Positions 1-12,934 of a stretch of DNA of 64,000 nucleotides are shown here, in pieces; position 1 is the first letter of the stretch; each line of letters begins with the position of its first letter. Made by a program: the position numbers and the translations under genes. The notes under the pieces are model-generated. The model did not search any database and was not told the DNA's origin. It saw only the letters and a list, made by a program, of their open reading frames with translations. Source of the DNA: Felis catus (Eukaryota); contig NC_058369.1 in assembly GCF_018350175.1 (NCBI RefSeq), positions 24,306,001 through 24,370,000 of the forward strand, written 5' to 3'.

Positions 1-137
1 GCTGGGATGTGAGAGGGATACTCATGTCCTAGGGATCTTCCTTTGACTAAAAGAAAATTCATGCCAGTTGCACTAAAGCTTCAGCATCCCAGATTCTCAA
101 GATTGTTTAAACATCCCAGATTGTTTAAAGTCATCTC

Positions 138-403
138 TTAATTCCCTTGCCTTTGGAGATGTGTCAAGTAAGAAATTGCTGAGGCTGAGGTCACAGAGGT
201 TTTTTCCTGCTTTCTCCTCTAGGGTTTTGATGGTTTCCTGTTTCACATTCAGGTCCTTTATCCATTTTGAGTTTATTTTTGTGTATGGTGTAAGAAAGGG
301 GAGGGTTGGTGATGGGTACTTAGGAGGGCACCTGTTGGGACGAGCACTGGGTGTTGTATGGAAACCAATTTGATAATACATTTCTAATTAAGAAAATAAA
401 ATA
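138..403 (+). mobile_element. 5'-truncated, 5'-inverted feline L1
   Basis: 138-297 is antisense ORF2 ([29 protein letters not shown]...). 298-403 is sense 3'UTR plus A-rich tail matching 25752-25845. TSD taaagtcatctc at 126-137 and 404-415. Confidence 0.9.
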
Positions 404-1834
404 TAAAGTCATCTCCATCTACCAACCCAAAATAATATCAATAGTTATCTTTGGGTTTTCATCCTATCTGGAAAAAAAATGTGATTTTTACTTTATACAT
501 AAAGGATGGCATTTGGTAGGTTCTTTGGAAATTGGCAGGACATGTTGAGCACTCCAGATTACAGTAGTGGCTATAAGGGGTTACATTCCATTGAAAAGAT
601 TTCCCACAGGCTGACTAGGATTCAGTGTGAATTTGAGAAGAAACTGTGGTCCTATGAGCCCTACATTCTAGCTATCAAACATGGATGGTCTGTATCTGGA
701 CTAGAGGAAATGTCTAACATTCAAAACTTTGACGTAAATAAATTACAATTTGGGAGGTAGTAACGGATGCTGGAAAGAGTTTAGGAAAGGAGACTCTGCA
801 CTGATGAATAATATGCTTAAAATTTACTGTGCCCTCTCACATGTGTGATCTATCAGTGCCCTGCCTCATCTTCCTGAACCTAGAAGAGACAAAACTCTGG
901 CTGTAAGAATATCTCTCCTCCAAGAATAAAATAGAGACCAAGGATGGCCATGGTCAGCACACTGCTCGCAAACATCCAAATTCTACATGGCAGGAGGGAG
1001 CCTGTGCCAGCTAAGGTCTTCTGTTGGGAAGTTTATTTTCCATACACTCAAATGCATTTATTTAGCTTCAAAGGAATTTGAATCACGACCTTCAATCACT
1101 CCAGTCTATCCTCATAGCTTTGCAGTCTCCTGGAATCAAGAAACAAGGTTTAAGAGTCTTTTTTTAAAACAAAACTTTGACCTGAACTGTATCCAATTCT
1201 CAACCAACATTAGCCCAGTTTGCAGTAAGCAAGTATGACATCATTTCTAAAATCAAATTTTAACTTCCAGATGGTACAAAACCACAAGCAGGCACAAAGG
1301 CCTCCTGATGCACAGAAGTTTAAATACAGGGACGATCAGGCAAGAAAGAATACAGTCTATCAAAAATTAGACTATGTACTTCCAAGCTGGGTCCCCTTCA
1401 CAAATATTCTGATTTCACTCAACAGTGTACATCATTTATAAAGGAATCAGAAAAGCCTTGAAGGTTAGATTATATTCCAACATCAGGTAGAGACATAAAA
1501 GTTAAAATGTTTGGGAATATGAAATACCTTTCTCTGCCTCTTCACTCAACACCAAATAATTTTCAGGGCCTTAACTCTCTCTCTTAAACTTTGGCAGTTG
1601 ACTCAATAATAAAACTTGGCAAAGCAAAGAGCACCATCATTTCCCAGAAAAACAAAAGAAAATTAGAACTGTATGATATAGTCAATGCACAAAGACCCAG
1701 AGGTTGAATTTCCAATTTTTACATATGACTTAACCGCATGGGAACTAGTCACCTAATGTTAAAACTAGGACAATCTTTTCATTTTAGGAGAATTACTCAT
1801 TTCCTTCTGATCCAGTTGTATGAATACTTGTCTC

Positions 1835-1861
1835 TGTGTGTGTGTGTGTGTGTGTGTGTGT
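1835..1861. repeat. (TG)n microsatellite
   Basis: Seen directly. Confidence 0.95.
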
Positions 1862-2588
1862 TAAGAGCATGTAACATATGAAAATTTAACCTTTTATCTG
1901 GCAATATAAAGCATGAAACATTTGTTATCACTTCAGTTCCAGTTAATAACTTGAAAGAAAAGGACCATGGCAATAAAATTGGCAAAAATTGCCAAAATCG
2001 GAGTTAAATATTATTAATCTTGATGTCAGCACCCAGGAATTATAACCAGTTCCAATGGTGAGGTATGTTTCTATACATAAGCCTCCCGACCTTTCTGCTG
2101 TATTTTACATAGGTTTCAGAAACAGTTTCAATGTTGTGACAAAACACTAAGTGCTACTTGATGTGCCATAAATAATTTTTTAAAATCAAACGGTTCATTT
2201 CAATCTTAAAATGACTACAGCAACACTTGAGAAAATAAAAAAAAAAAGAAAGAAAACCCTTGAGAGAGAAAAAGGGTCCACTTGAAAATTTTCACAGATT
2301 AAATACTACTTACTTGACAACACTTCAGGAATTGAATAAACATGCTATCACAAAGAAAAACTTTAAAAGAAAATGAAACTGGAACACTCACAAAACTCCC
2401 AATACGGTTTTATTTCACATTCAAAACTTCGTTTGTTTGTTTTTCCTGATAGTAGACTTGGATTAAGGGTATATTTGAATTTGATTCAACTTGCAATCAT
2501 TCAAATGGGGGACAGTTTCAAAGTTGCAAGTATGCATAATGTACACAGCCTCCGAAGACACAAACACTAAAAATAACCTCAAGCTTGC

Positions 2589-2830
2589 TGTGGTAGTAAG
2601 TACTAGTTCTCACTCACAATCCAATTCTCCTGTCCTTCCTGAATACAGGGAAGGTCTCCCTTCCCAGGCCCTTGCAGGAATATGGGTCTGTGTGTTTTAT
2701 TCATGAAATGTAAACAGGAGTGACATATGTCAGTTCCCATCCATGCCACCCCCACACTCTTTCCCTTCCTCAGAGATCTTGAAGGCTACATTTTCCAGAT
2801 AGTGGAGTTACAAGATGGCAACCCCCCCAT
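2589..2830 (+). mobile_element. Old MaLR LTR fragment (MLT1I/J-like)
   Basis: Begins tgtggtag; motifs gagtgacatatgtcagttcc and ttccagatagtggagttacaagatgg resemble MLT1J-type consensus. Confidence 0.45.
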
Positions 2831-3429
2831 AAATCAGTATTCTCAGTTGACCACGAGAAGCAGGGTCACTCCCCATGTTCTGCTGCTCCAATTCTCAACC
2901 CTCAACATGGGTTGGACTTACAATATGATGTGTCGAACCACTCTGAAATTATTATAACTTCAACTGGTTTTGCTAGGGAATGGGCACCTTAAAACTAGAA
3001 AGGTTTACTGGTCTTAGAGATTGCTATAAACCTAAAAGAAAAAGGACCAAAATTCTTCCCTCTACTCCTTCTATGTGTTGGACCTCAAAATCTACTTTCC
3101 CCTATTCTTTCACCCCAAATCCAGAGAAGGGGAAAAAATGATGGAGAGCCAAGGACAGAGCTAAATGGAGCAAGTAGCAGAACCCTGGGGAGTGGACACT
3201 GAGGTCAAAGGTCAAGATCTTGGGAGCAGAAAGAAAGATTGAAGAGGAAGAGCCCCCTTAAGCCCAGTGGCTTGAACTTCCATCTGTACAGACAAGTGGC
3301 CCAAGTGGACAACTGTTTTGCAAAAATCTCTGCACTGCAAATATATATGTTCAAGTAACTTACGGTAATGGCCATGGACTTACCCACAGGCCTTCCAAAT
3401 GTCAGGAATACAACAAAGGTGTTAGAAGC

Positions 3430-3556
3430 AAAATGAGGATAATAACAATACCTCCTTCATCAAGTTATTTGAGGATTAAATTAAATAACATGTAATGCAC
3501 TTAGCACAATGCCTGGCACCTAGAAATACTCAATAAATCTTTGCTATTGTTATTAT
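3430..3556 (+). mobile_element. MIR 3' half
   Basis: aaatgaggataataa...gaggattaaa...cttagcacaatgcctggcac...ctcaataaa matches the MIR core and 3' end. Confidence 0.8.
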
Positions 3557-4052
3557 ATTTTACTATTCTGCTTTCTACAATTTCTAACCCAGTGATTTAT
3601 ATACTGTAGGAATGCAATAAAGGTTGCTAATCAGCAGCCCTAGGAAAAGTAGAGACTCAGCAAATAAGATTCTGTGCTCCAGCATGTACCAGGGTGTTAC
3701 ACTGTCTGTCATTTACTTTAAAATATTCCAGCATACACTGTACGAGATGTGTATGTGTGGAGGGGTCTATGGCTGGGTGGGTGGAGGGGTGTATTTCCCA
3801 ACTGGGAATGAATTCTCCAAGGGTAGTTAATTAGCCTATGAAAGACTTTAATTAAAAGCTGACATGCCAGAGTCAGCTACCAAAAGTGCCGAGATATTCT
3901 TTATATTTGATGAACACCTGAAATTTGGTCAATTAACATAATTGATGTGAGGAGTGATTTTCCCTTGGAGATGTGAGTGGTGTATGAGATGTGTGGATTG
4001 GTTAGAAATGCTGCCCAAGTACTCCTACTCTTCCAGGAACAAAATTTAAGAT

Positions 4053-4362
4053 GGTGTGTCCAATGGAGAAATGATGTAAGTCACATCTGTAACTTTAAAC
4101 TTTCTAGTAGCCATGTAAAAACAAGGAAAAATAAACAGATAAAATTACTTTTAATAATATATCTAATTTGACCCACTATATCCAAAACATTATTTAAACT
4201 GTAATCAATATGAAAGACATTAATGAGGTATTATACATTGTTTTTTTTTCTTTAAAATCCAACATCTATTTTACCCTTTCAGCATATCTCAATTAGGACT
4301 AGCCACATTTCAGGTGCTCAATAGCCACATACAGCTCATAGCCACTATATTGGACAGTGCAG
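4053..4362. mobile_element. MER33-like hAT-Charlie DNA transposon
   Basis: Inverted ends tgtccaat...attggaca; internal tttctagtagcca and ggactagccacatttcaggtgctcaatagccaca. Confidence 0.8.
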
Positions 4363-4997
4363 GACTATGAATCTAGTAAGCCCAAAAGTTTCAACCCTTA
4401 GATTTCAATCTCTGTTGCATATAAATGCTTCAGGGAGGATTCTGGCCCAACAGCAAGCAAGGCTGGCTAAGCTCTGCCCAGAAAATATCATCACATTGAC
4501 CTAGCTAGTATAAACCCCTTTTGGCCTCAAAAGGACAGAGAGATAGAACTTGAAGGAGCACTCTGAGAAGCTTGTGATATACTACCAGAAGGCAAAGTCA
4601 TGGGGTAGGAATCCTATAGCCTTCCTTTCTCTAACCATCAGAGGTTATTGATCTTTACCAAAGAGAACCACATAATGGTCAATGACCTAACTGGCTTGGT
4701 GATTCTATTGGCATAGTTTTTTGCACTTTTGTTAAAAGGAATTCAGAATAATCATTTCTTTTTAAAAAATCTTTCACACTAATCCCTAATTATAGCAAAA
4801 GCCGCCTTTAAGAAAAAAAAAATGTCCTTCAGCAGCCGCACTATCAAACACCAGCAATATAGATGAGGGTGTGTCCATCTCTTCTCCTATGCTTGGTCAG
4901 GTTATGCCCTTCTACTCTTGGATTTCCACAGCTATTTTTATTTCAGATTTCTTCTTTCTATAGGAGCTTTTTAAAAATCTACACTAACTAGAATTAC

Positions 4998-6480
4998 TTA
5001 TTCATTCATTTAACAAATATAGAGAAGTGATTTTGTGTCAGGCACTGTTCTATGTTAGAGATACAACCTTTTAACAAGACCATCAGGTCTGTGGCTTATT
5101 GAACCACATTTTTGTGAAGTGGGGGGTAAGGTAGAGCAAACAAGTTATTACATCAATATAATTAGTAAACACAATTTTTAGGGTAAGTGGAAAGTAGTAC
5201 AAATATAAAATCTAAAAGCTTATGCAAAATCTTTATAAAAAACTGGAATAACAAAAGGCTATTTTGTGGGTATTTGTATTTATTGGTGAAAATGTTTATG
5301 TGTGTATTTGTATGTATACAAAATAATAAAATTAATGATTTAATAAATATCAGCTATTGTAAATCAAACCTGGGCAGGCAGTTTGGTATTCAGTAAAATG
5401 GTTTATTTAACCAATAGCTATGCTTTACTGTGCAATCTTGGAACACCAAATGTCTTCACTGATCTTTAAATAAGTTGTGCTTTATACCTGTTCCACTTCT
5501 TTCAAGATAATTTTGGATTTTAATAAATCTGGGTCTTTAAAAAAAGCCTTGTGATACTAATAAGTTATGAACAGATGAGGTATTTTCTCTTTTAAAAACT
5601 TATTTTCGGGGCGCCTGGGTGGCGCAGTCGGTTGAGCGTCTGACTTCAGCCAGGTCACAATCTCGTGGTCTGTGAGTTCGAGCCCCGCGTCAGGCTCTGG
5701 GCTGATGGCTCGGAGCCTGGAGCCTGTTTCAGATTCTGTGTCTCCCTCTCTCTCTGCCCCTCCCCCGTTCATGCTCTGTCTCTCTCTGTCCCAAAAATAA
5801 AATTAAAAACGTTGAAAAAAATTAAAAAAAAAAACCTTATTTTCCAGCTTTGTCCATTAAAAAGGCTTAGAAAAAGTGACTGCCTCCATAGCAATAAGCA
5901 CTCACCCAAAATGCCTAGACTGTGGTCTCTAAAAACTATATCTCACTAAAAGAAATCAGTTTCATTGTAGAAATGATTAATTTTATATCTGTGGCAAGGA
6001 ACATACAAAGTGAATATAGAATAGTTTATTGAATCAGAAAGCAAGGAAATTACTACAGATTAAATAGTCTTTTTATTGGCCAAGGATGGAACAATTGGAT
6101 GATTGGTCGTATAAACAAACATCAGGGGGCAGGAGCAGAGTCTGGGGCTGGGTAGGGAGCTACACTAGTCAACCAATCAACCAGAGAGATAATAGCTGCC
6201 ACAACAAGGATGGAGATGTGATGGAGAGGAAGACTGTGGCTGTGCTTGAGACATATTTTGAGATACAATCAAGAGGCAGCTGGCAGAACTGAGGGTTTGC
6301 ATGTAGAGGGATGAAAGGAAGGAAAGAATCCAAAATAACTCCTGGGCTACTGGCTGGAGCAACTCTTTAAATAATGCAATTACTGCATCTGCAGGGAAAG
6401 ACTGGGAAGTCTCAGATTTGGGGGGCAGGAAATCAAGAGGCTGGGATTAGGTTCTACATAGTTTGAGATGCAAGGAAACA
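4998..6480 (-). mobile_element. Decayed L2 fragments (about 4998-5200 and 6120-6480)
   Basis: ttattcattcatttaacaaatat...caggcactgttcta is an antisense L2 3' end; 6120-6480 is purine-rich L2-like body. Confidence 0.55.
5608..5830 (+). mobile_element. Young CanSINE (SINEC_Fc)
   Basis: ggggcgcctgggtggcgcagtcggtt head, CT-rich stretch and A tail. TSD aaaa(a/c)cttattttc at 5594-5607 and 5831-5844. Confidence 0.95.
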
Positions 6481-9134
6481 TCTAAAGGTAAATGACTATA
6501 TAACTTGGAAGACCCTGAGACAATAGAACATGACTTGTAGTCTAACGTACATGTAGATGAGCAGTCCTGTACTTATGTCAACATTCCTCCAGAAAACATG
6601 TACTGTACATTTACAGATTAACTCCTACTTAGATGCAGCTGAGACCAAGTTAATAAACACTTACAAAGAGATGACATCTATATAGTTGAAAACCAAGAGA
6701 AAACCCTTTCCTAAAAAGATCTCTGGGTGGCTTTTTTTTCTGAGTTTTATTTATAAGGTCTCTCTTCTCCACACAGTCATGAGTATCAAGAGACTTGATC
6801 ATTTCTATTATGCCCTTAAGTTCTTCAAGGTGACTAGCTAATGTCAATGATGTATTATTCTCCTATTGATCACTGCAGTCAGTAGATTAATACTCCCTGG
6901 GGGGAAAAAAGGGGGTGGGGGGAGGCCTATATGATCCACTTCTGTGGGCTGGCTTTCCTTTAGCAACCAAAAGCTTATACATTTGACCAAGGAAAAAACC
7001 TAGATTGTATTTTAAGATATTTAGATAGCACAAAATGAAACAATAATGGTTGTATTATAAAGTGCTTCATATTTTAAACTATACCTTTCTCTTAAATTAT
7101 AAGTATGTTCCCTTATACAATTTCAACTCAAAAAATAAAATTCAGGGATATTTAGTATTGCATAACCACATGCTGTGCTTATAAAAGTTAAGTTACAATC
7201 ACCAGCTTATTAATAACACTGTTGAGATTTTCAGGTTGTAAAGATGCATTTTGTCTTACCTACCTGTCAAAAAATTATACCCAAGACCTACATGCCACCT
7301 ACTTGAAGAAAACAATGCTCAGTTAAGAGTGCTTCATATCACCTACATGGAAGAATTCATATCATATGTGGGTTAATAATCCAGCCAACTTTATAAAGCC
7401 TGTTTTCATACTTAAGTTTTTGGCTACTTCTTACACTAAAATTAGGTGGTTTTAAGTGACTAGTCCAAAGTTCAAAATTTAATGTTCAGTTCAGTTCCAG
7501 CAAATTTCTGAAAACACATGGGAATTGTAACTCATGTGTTAATACTTAAAGTTTTTGTTAATAAAACTTCCAACACTAACCTTACCTCATTGAACTTACC
7601 TCACTGGTTTTTATGCTCACTATAAAACTATAGCTGTCATAATATTTTTGAATTACTACAAAAGGAAGTAAGCCATTCCAAAGTCAATGTTATTTTGCAA
7701 CATGATGATAGTTATAAATTCAAAATACTTAAAACCAATTTGCAAACCTATCAATCTTAGTAACTCCTAACATTTAAAAACCCCATCTTCAAAACATTTA
7801 TTATTATCAAAAAAACAAGTCTAAGAAAATACCATGTATCATTCATATTGCATTTTCCCTTCAAGTGATCACATTATATTTAAACATGAAGATGCATTTT
7901 AACATAAAATTTTAAAATATTGGTTCTATTTAGATATGCCATGAACTTTCTAAACTATCACTGAAGCCCAAAGAACTTAAATCACTAATAATTTAGTACC
8001 AAGATTTAAACAATAATTTTGTGATCTCAATTCAGTGTTTTTCAGTAAATCCAACTAAGTAATTTCCATCTGGATATGCTTAACATGTTTGTCAATAACT
8101 GACAAATTAAGAACTGTAGTCATTTTATTTAAAAGAGAATTAAATCCACATTTTAAAGTTTAAAGACTCAGACTCCAGGAGGATGGGCACTTGTGTTCAA
8201 GGATCCATGAATTTGCTACAAGAATTGTTTTATGTTGTCTTTTCTTTTCAATGATTATCTCAAAAGCTAAAATGAACTTATTCTGAATCATGTAAATAAC
8301 TCCTTATACCCAAGAATTGTTAAGAGATTTCACTATCTGCCTTTGTGTTTACATTTAAGATTCCTCTGGGGTGAAGTGGAGAAAGCACAGAAGTGCTTCT
8401 TACTGCTCTTATATATTCCCTTCAAATCTTCACCATCAGACATCAAAGTGACCATGCAAACAAGAAGTTCATCAGAATTACAGAAACAACAATTGGCGAG
8501 GAAAGCAGGATATCACACAGTACACCACTATGCAGACCTCCTGAACTAGCATCTGAGTTATAGCAGTTGGCACCATATCTATATCAAGTATCAATTAATG
8601 TCCAGCAAACAATCCTTCTCTAGATAAAGTTAATAAATATCATTAGTTTAAATTTTATAGGCTTTGGCATCATATTTCCATTTAGTGTGTAATTTTGATT
8701 TGGCATCATAGTTCTGTAAGAGTTATAAGCATGCCTAGTCTTACCTTTGTGCCTAATTAAGTAGCATAAGTAACAATTATTACATTAAGAAATACTGAAA
8801 GTCTACAACATTCTTTTCATTTTTTTCTTTTAAAAAGAATTTCTTCCCAAATGTGAGACACACTGCTCTAAGTAAACAGTACTTGTTCTTTGAGATCCTC
8901 CTGGGTGTTGTGAAAATATTAAGTGGAGGGAGTGGTGGAAGTGTGTTCCAAGATCAAGCCAAATGGGGAAATGTAGCTAAGTTCTCCTGATTTTAGGCAG
9001 ACATTAGCATACTAAAGTTCTGACATCCCATAACAAAGATCTTATACCTAACTCACCTTTTCCTACATCAATTTAGCCACAGAACCCATGTTTTTCTAAA
9101 ACACATAATAATATCCTTCAGAAATGTTTTGGAA

Positions 9135-9302
9135 AAGGCACCTGGATTACTCAGTTGGTTGATTGTCTGACTTCAGCTCAGGTCATGATCTCATGGTTTG
9201 TGGGTTTGAGCCCCACATCCAGCTCTGTGCTGACAGCTTGAAGCCTGGAGCCTGCTTTAAATTCTGTGTCTCCCTCTCTCTCTCTGCCCTGCCCCCCTCA
9301 CA

Positions 9303-9352
<50 letters not shown>

Positions 9353-9376
9353 AATAATAAACAAGCATTAAAAAAA
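9135..9376 (+). mobile_element. CanSINE with expanded (CT)n
   Basis: tRNA-derived head, tcaggtcatgatctc motif, (CT)n at about 9306-9349, A tail. Confidence 0.9.
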
Positions 9377-9886
9377 CAAATGTTTGTTCTTGAGTATGTT
9401 TCAGGCATCAAATTTTAAGGCATGGCATGGATATGAGGTGAAATGCAGACACACCACTGGATTAGATTCAGAAGGCACTGGTTCAGGGTCAACTAAATAT
9501 TTTCAAGATGTGCTCTGTGACTCATACTGTTAGGTGATGCACCATAGTGTCTTATGCACTTCTCAGGGCTACCTGTGAGAGAGGTATTGTTTATAAGTAA
9601 AAACACTGAAGCTTTGAGGGCTTATAAGGCTAACTCAGTAGACTGCATTAAAGTCCCATCTTCTGGTTCAAGATCCACTCCACTAGTCTGCCTCCAGGTT
9701 CATTTGTGGCTCTGCGGGCACCTGGAGATGGGGCCTTTGGGGAGGTCACTTGCTTCTCAGGGACTCAGCTACCTCCTCTAGTACAATTTTGCTCGATGGC
9801 CTCTAAGGCCATCACCTCTAAGGTCATCACCTACCTCAACTTTCATGATGTCTGAAAGCGAGTGATCCAGATATTAAAACATATTT

Positions 9887-10098
9887 ATTAAAATTTTGTT
9901 TAATGTTTATTTATTTTTGATAGAAGGAGAGCACAAGTGGGGGAGGGAAGACAGAGAGGGAGACATAGAATCCAACGTAGGCTCCAGGCTCTGAGCTGTC
10001 TGCACAGAGCCCAACGCAGGGCTTGAACTCATAAACCATGAGGATCATGACCTAAGCTGAAGTCAGATGCTTAACCAACTGAGCCACCCAGGCGCCCC
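9887..10098 (-). mobile_element. CanSINE
   Basis: Ends gagccacccaggcgcccc. TSD taaaacatattt at 9875-9886 and 10099-10110. Confidence 0.95.
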
Positions 10099-10134
10099 TA
10101 AAACATATTTTAAAACTTTGGTAACTAAAAGAGT

Positions 10135-10425
10135 TTGGTATTGATGCAGAAAGAAAAGGAGGAAGTCACGTACTTATGGACTTACAAAATAGAGTCACAT
10201 ACTTATGGAAATTTAGCATATGATAAATGCAAGATTTAGATTCAATAGAGAAAATATGCATTATTTAATTAATGACTGAAAACTAATTATCCATTTACAA
10301 AAATAATAAAGGTAAAGCCTTACCTATCTCCTTATGACAAAAATAAATTCCTAATAAAGAATTAGATGTAAAAAAAATTAAACCATGAAAATTCTACCAA
10401 AAAATATGGGGCTCTTCTTATTTCT
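10135..10425 (+). mobile_element. Ancient L1M ORF2 fragment
   Basis: Decayed L1 ORF2 motifs (tatggaaatttagcatatgataaa, acaaaaataaattc, aaccatgaaaattcta). Confidence 0.5.
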
Positions 10426-10431
10426 GAAATA

Positions 10432-10529
10432 CAGTAGTCCCCTCTGATCTGCAGGGATATGTTCCAAGAAACCCAATGGATGCCTGAAACCATGGATAGT
10501 ACCAAATTTTATATATACTATGTTTTTTC

Positions 10530-10587
<58 letters not shown>

Positions 10588-11045
10588 GGGAAAAGACATA
10601 GTATATATAAATATATATATATATGGGAAAAGCATATAGTATATATAAATATATGGGTATATATACATACATCATACCTACATATACATACATACCTATG
10701 ATAAAGTTTAATTTATAAATTAGGCACAGTAAGAGATCAACAACTAATATTAAAATATAACAATTATAATATATAATAACACTTATGTCAATGTGGTCTT
10801 TCTCCTTCTCTCTCAAAATACCTTTTTCTATTATAATCACCCCCTCAGCTTATGATGACATGAGTTGATAAAATGCCTACATGGTAAGATGAAGTGAGGT
10901 GAATGATGCAGGCATTGTGACACAGCACTAAGCTACTATAGACTTTCTGATGTTATGTCAGAGGAGGATCATCTGCTTCCAAACAGCGGTTGACCCTAAG
11001 TAACTGAAACCATGAAAGCAAAACTGCAAATAAGCAGAGGGGTGG
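10432..11045. mobile_element. Tigger2a-like non-autonomous TcMar DNA transposon
   Basis: ta|cagtagtcccc start; ggatgcctgaaaccatggatagtacc, catacctatgataaagtttaatttataaattaggcacagtaagaga and gcggttgacc...taactgaaacc near the far end. Confidence 0.8.
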
Positions 11046-11599
11046 AGATGAGTATCTATAGAAGTACTTTCCAAGCAAGAGAAAAAGTTTGAATACCATA
11101 AAAGATAGACAAGATTAAATACAAATAAAAATGTCTTCATGAAAAAAGGCAAAAGGCAAACTGTAGAAGATATCTGCAAAAGCCAAATGTAAAATGCAAC
11201 ATGGGTTCCAGTAGGTGTAATATGTTTCCTTGGGAATAACAGAAGCAATGTGTGCTTGTGTGTGCACAGAATATTTCTGAAAGAACACATGAGCAAATAA
11301 GTAAGAGTTTATTAAATGCCTACTACATGCTAAATTACAGAAGTGATAAAAACAAGGATTAAATTAAGATTAGTCAATTCTACTTGTAAGCTAACTATAG
11401 CATCCCACTGACTGCTATGGGGACCTCAGAATAAGGTGAATCCAATCAGGTCCAGAGCTCCCAAAAAATCAACTGATCATTTGCCTTTCAAACTGACCTC
11501 TTATCATGGCAGAAATGCTGCAGTTAGAGGAACAGGCAAGGACAGTCTTTCCTGGAAGAATTATATATGGTGGTACATATTATAATTGCTATGACTATC

Positions 11600-11760
11600 T
11601 GTGTGTGTGTGTGTATACATACATATATATATACATGTATATATGTATATGTATGTATGTATACATATACATATGTATATGTGTGTGTGTATATATATAT
11701 ATATATGTATATACACACACACACATATATACACATATATATATATATATATATACACAT
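11600..11760. repeat. Compound (TG)/(TA)/(CA) low-complexity repeat
   Basis: Seen directly. Confidence 0.9.
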
Positions 11761-11924
11761 TATTGGAAGGCAAGTTAAATAGTTACACACTGAGGCTCTT
11801 AAACTAGACTCCTCAAATTCAAATCTTAACCTTCCACTTATTCACCATAACTTAGAGAAAGACACAATCCCCCAAAACTTAAGTTTCCCAGTCCATAAAG
11901 TGAGGATAATAATAGTACTGTTCT

Positions 11925-12134
11925 TTTTAAATTTTTTCTTAATGTTGATTTATTTTTGAGAGAGAGAGTGCAAGGGGAGAAGGGCAGAGAGAGAGGAGAC
12001 ACAGAATCTGAAGCAGGATCCAGGCTCCAAGCTGTTGGCACAGAGCCTGATGCGGGGCTCGAACCCATCAGCTATGAGATCATGACCTGAGCCAATGTCA
12101 CATGCTTAACTGACTGAGCCCCCCAGATGCCTGG
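11925..12134 (-). mobile_element. CanSINE inserted into a MIR (MIR about 11780-11924)
   Basis: TSD ataatagt(a/g)ctgttct at 11909-11924 and 12135-12150. Confidence 0.9.
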
Positions 12135-12934
12135 ATAATAGTGCTGTTCTATAAGGTTTCACTGAATCATGACCTACAGGGTCATGCACTAAGAAATAAA
12201 TGGAAACAATCAATGAAGAGTAGCTGCTGTTTAACAGTGAATGGTAATAATTTATGATTACTAATCATCCATATATGATTAATAAATTTAGTCACTGGAG
12301 TGCTGTATGCTAATATTCTAGCAGCTATCATTAAAAGTTAATCATACTGACAAGAATTATGGGAACATTAGTTAACACCCCTATGTAGTTTCATGTGACC
12401 ATCTAGCACTTTGGGACAGGTAGAGATGCTACCCTCCATTTTATAAGGCTTAAAGCCACACAGCTTGCAATGGCAAACCTGAGACTTGAGCCCACCCATG
12501 TCTATCAGACTCCAAAGGGCCTGCTCTGAAACTCATGCTCAGAATGAGGAAAGCTGTAAATATGTGAACAGTATGAATGACAACCACAGGAATAAAGAGG
12601 AATATAGCATGAAGCCAAAAAAAAACAAAAGAAAAAAAGGTCATTGGTAAAATTATAGTATGTATTTTATCCTTTCTGATATATTGGTATTGGTAGGTAT
12701 TGTTTATAGGTGAAAACACTGAGGCCTGAGGGGTCTCCAGGCTAACATGGTAGAACTACAATTTATAGACATATTTATTATATACTTATATACTTTATAT
12801 AATATATGCTTATATAAAGTATGTTTATGTATCATATATTATATTATATATAGTATATAATTATATATTAATTATATATAATATACCTTTACATGTAAAT
12901 AATGATATAATATAAAATTAAAAGATATTATTTT

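Noticed and set aside
5608..5690. tRNA-like A/B-box sequences (also at other SINE heads)
   Set aside because: These are tRNA-derived CanSINE heads, not tRNA genes.
9800..9832. Short tandem duplications (also near 10165-10209, 24325-24352, 34773-34795, 39141-39180)
   Set aside because: Ordinary slippage duplications; two units only, with no repeat-spacer array structure.
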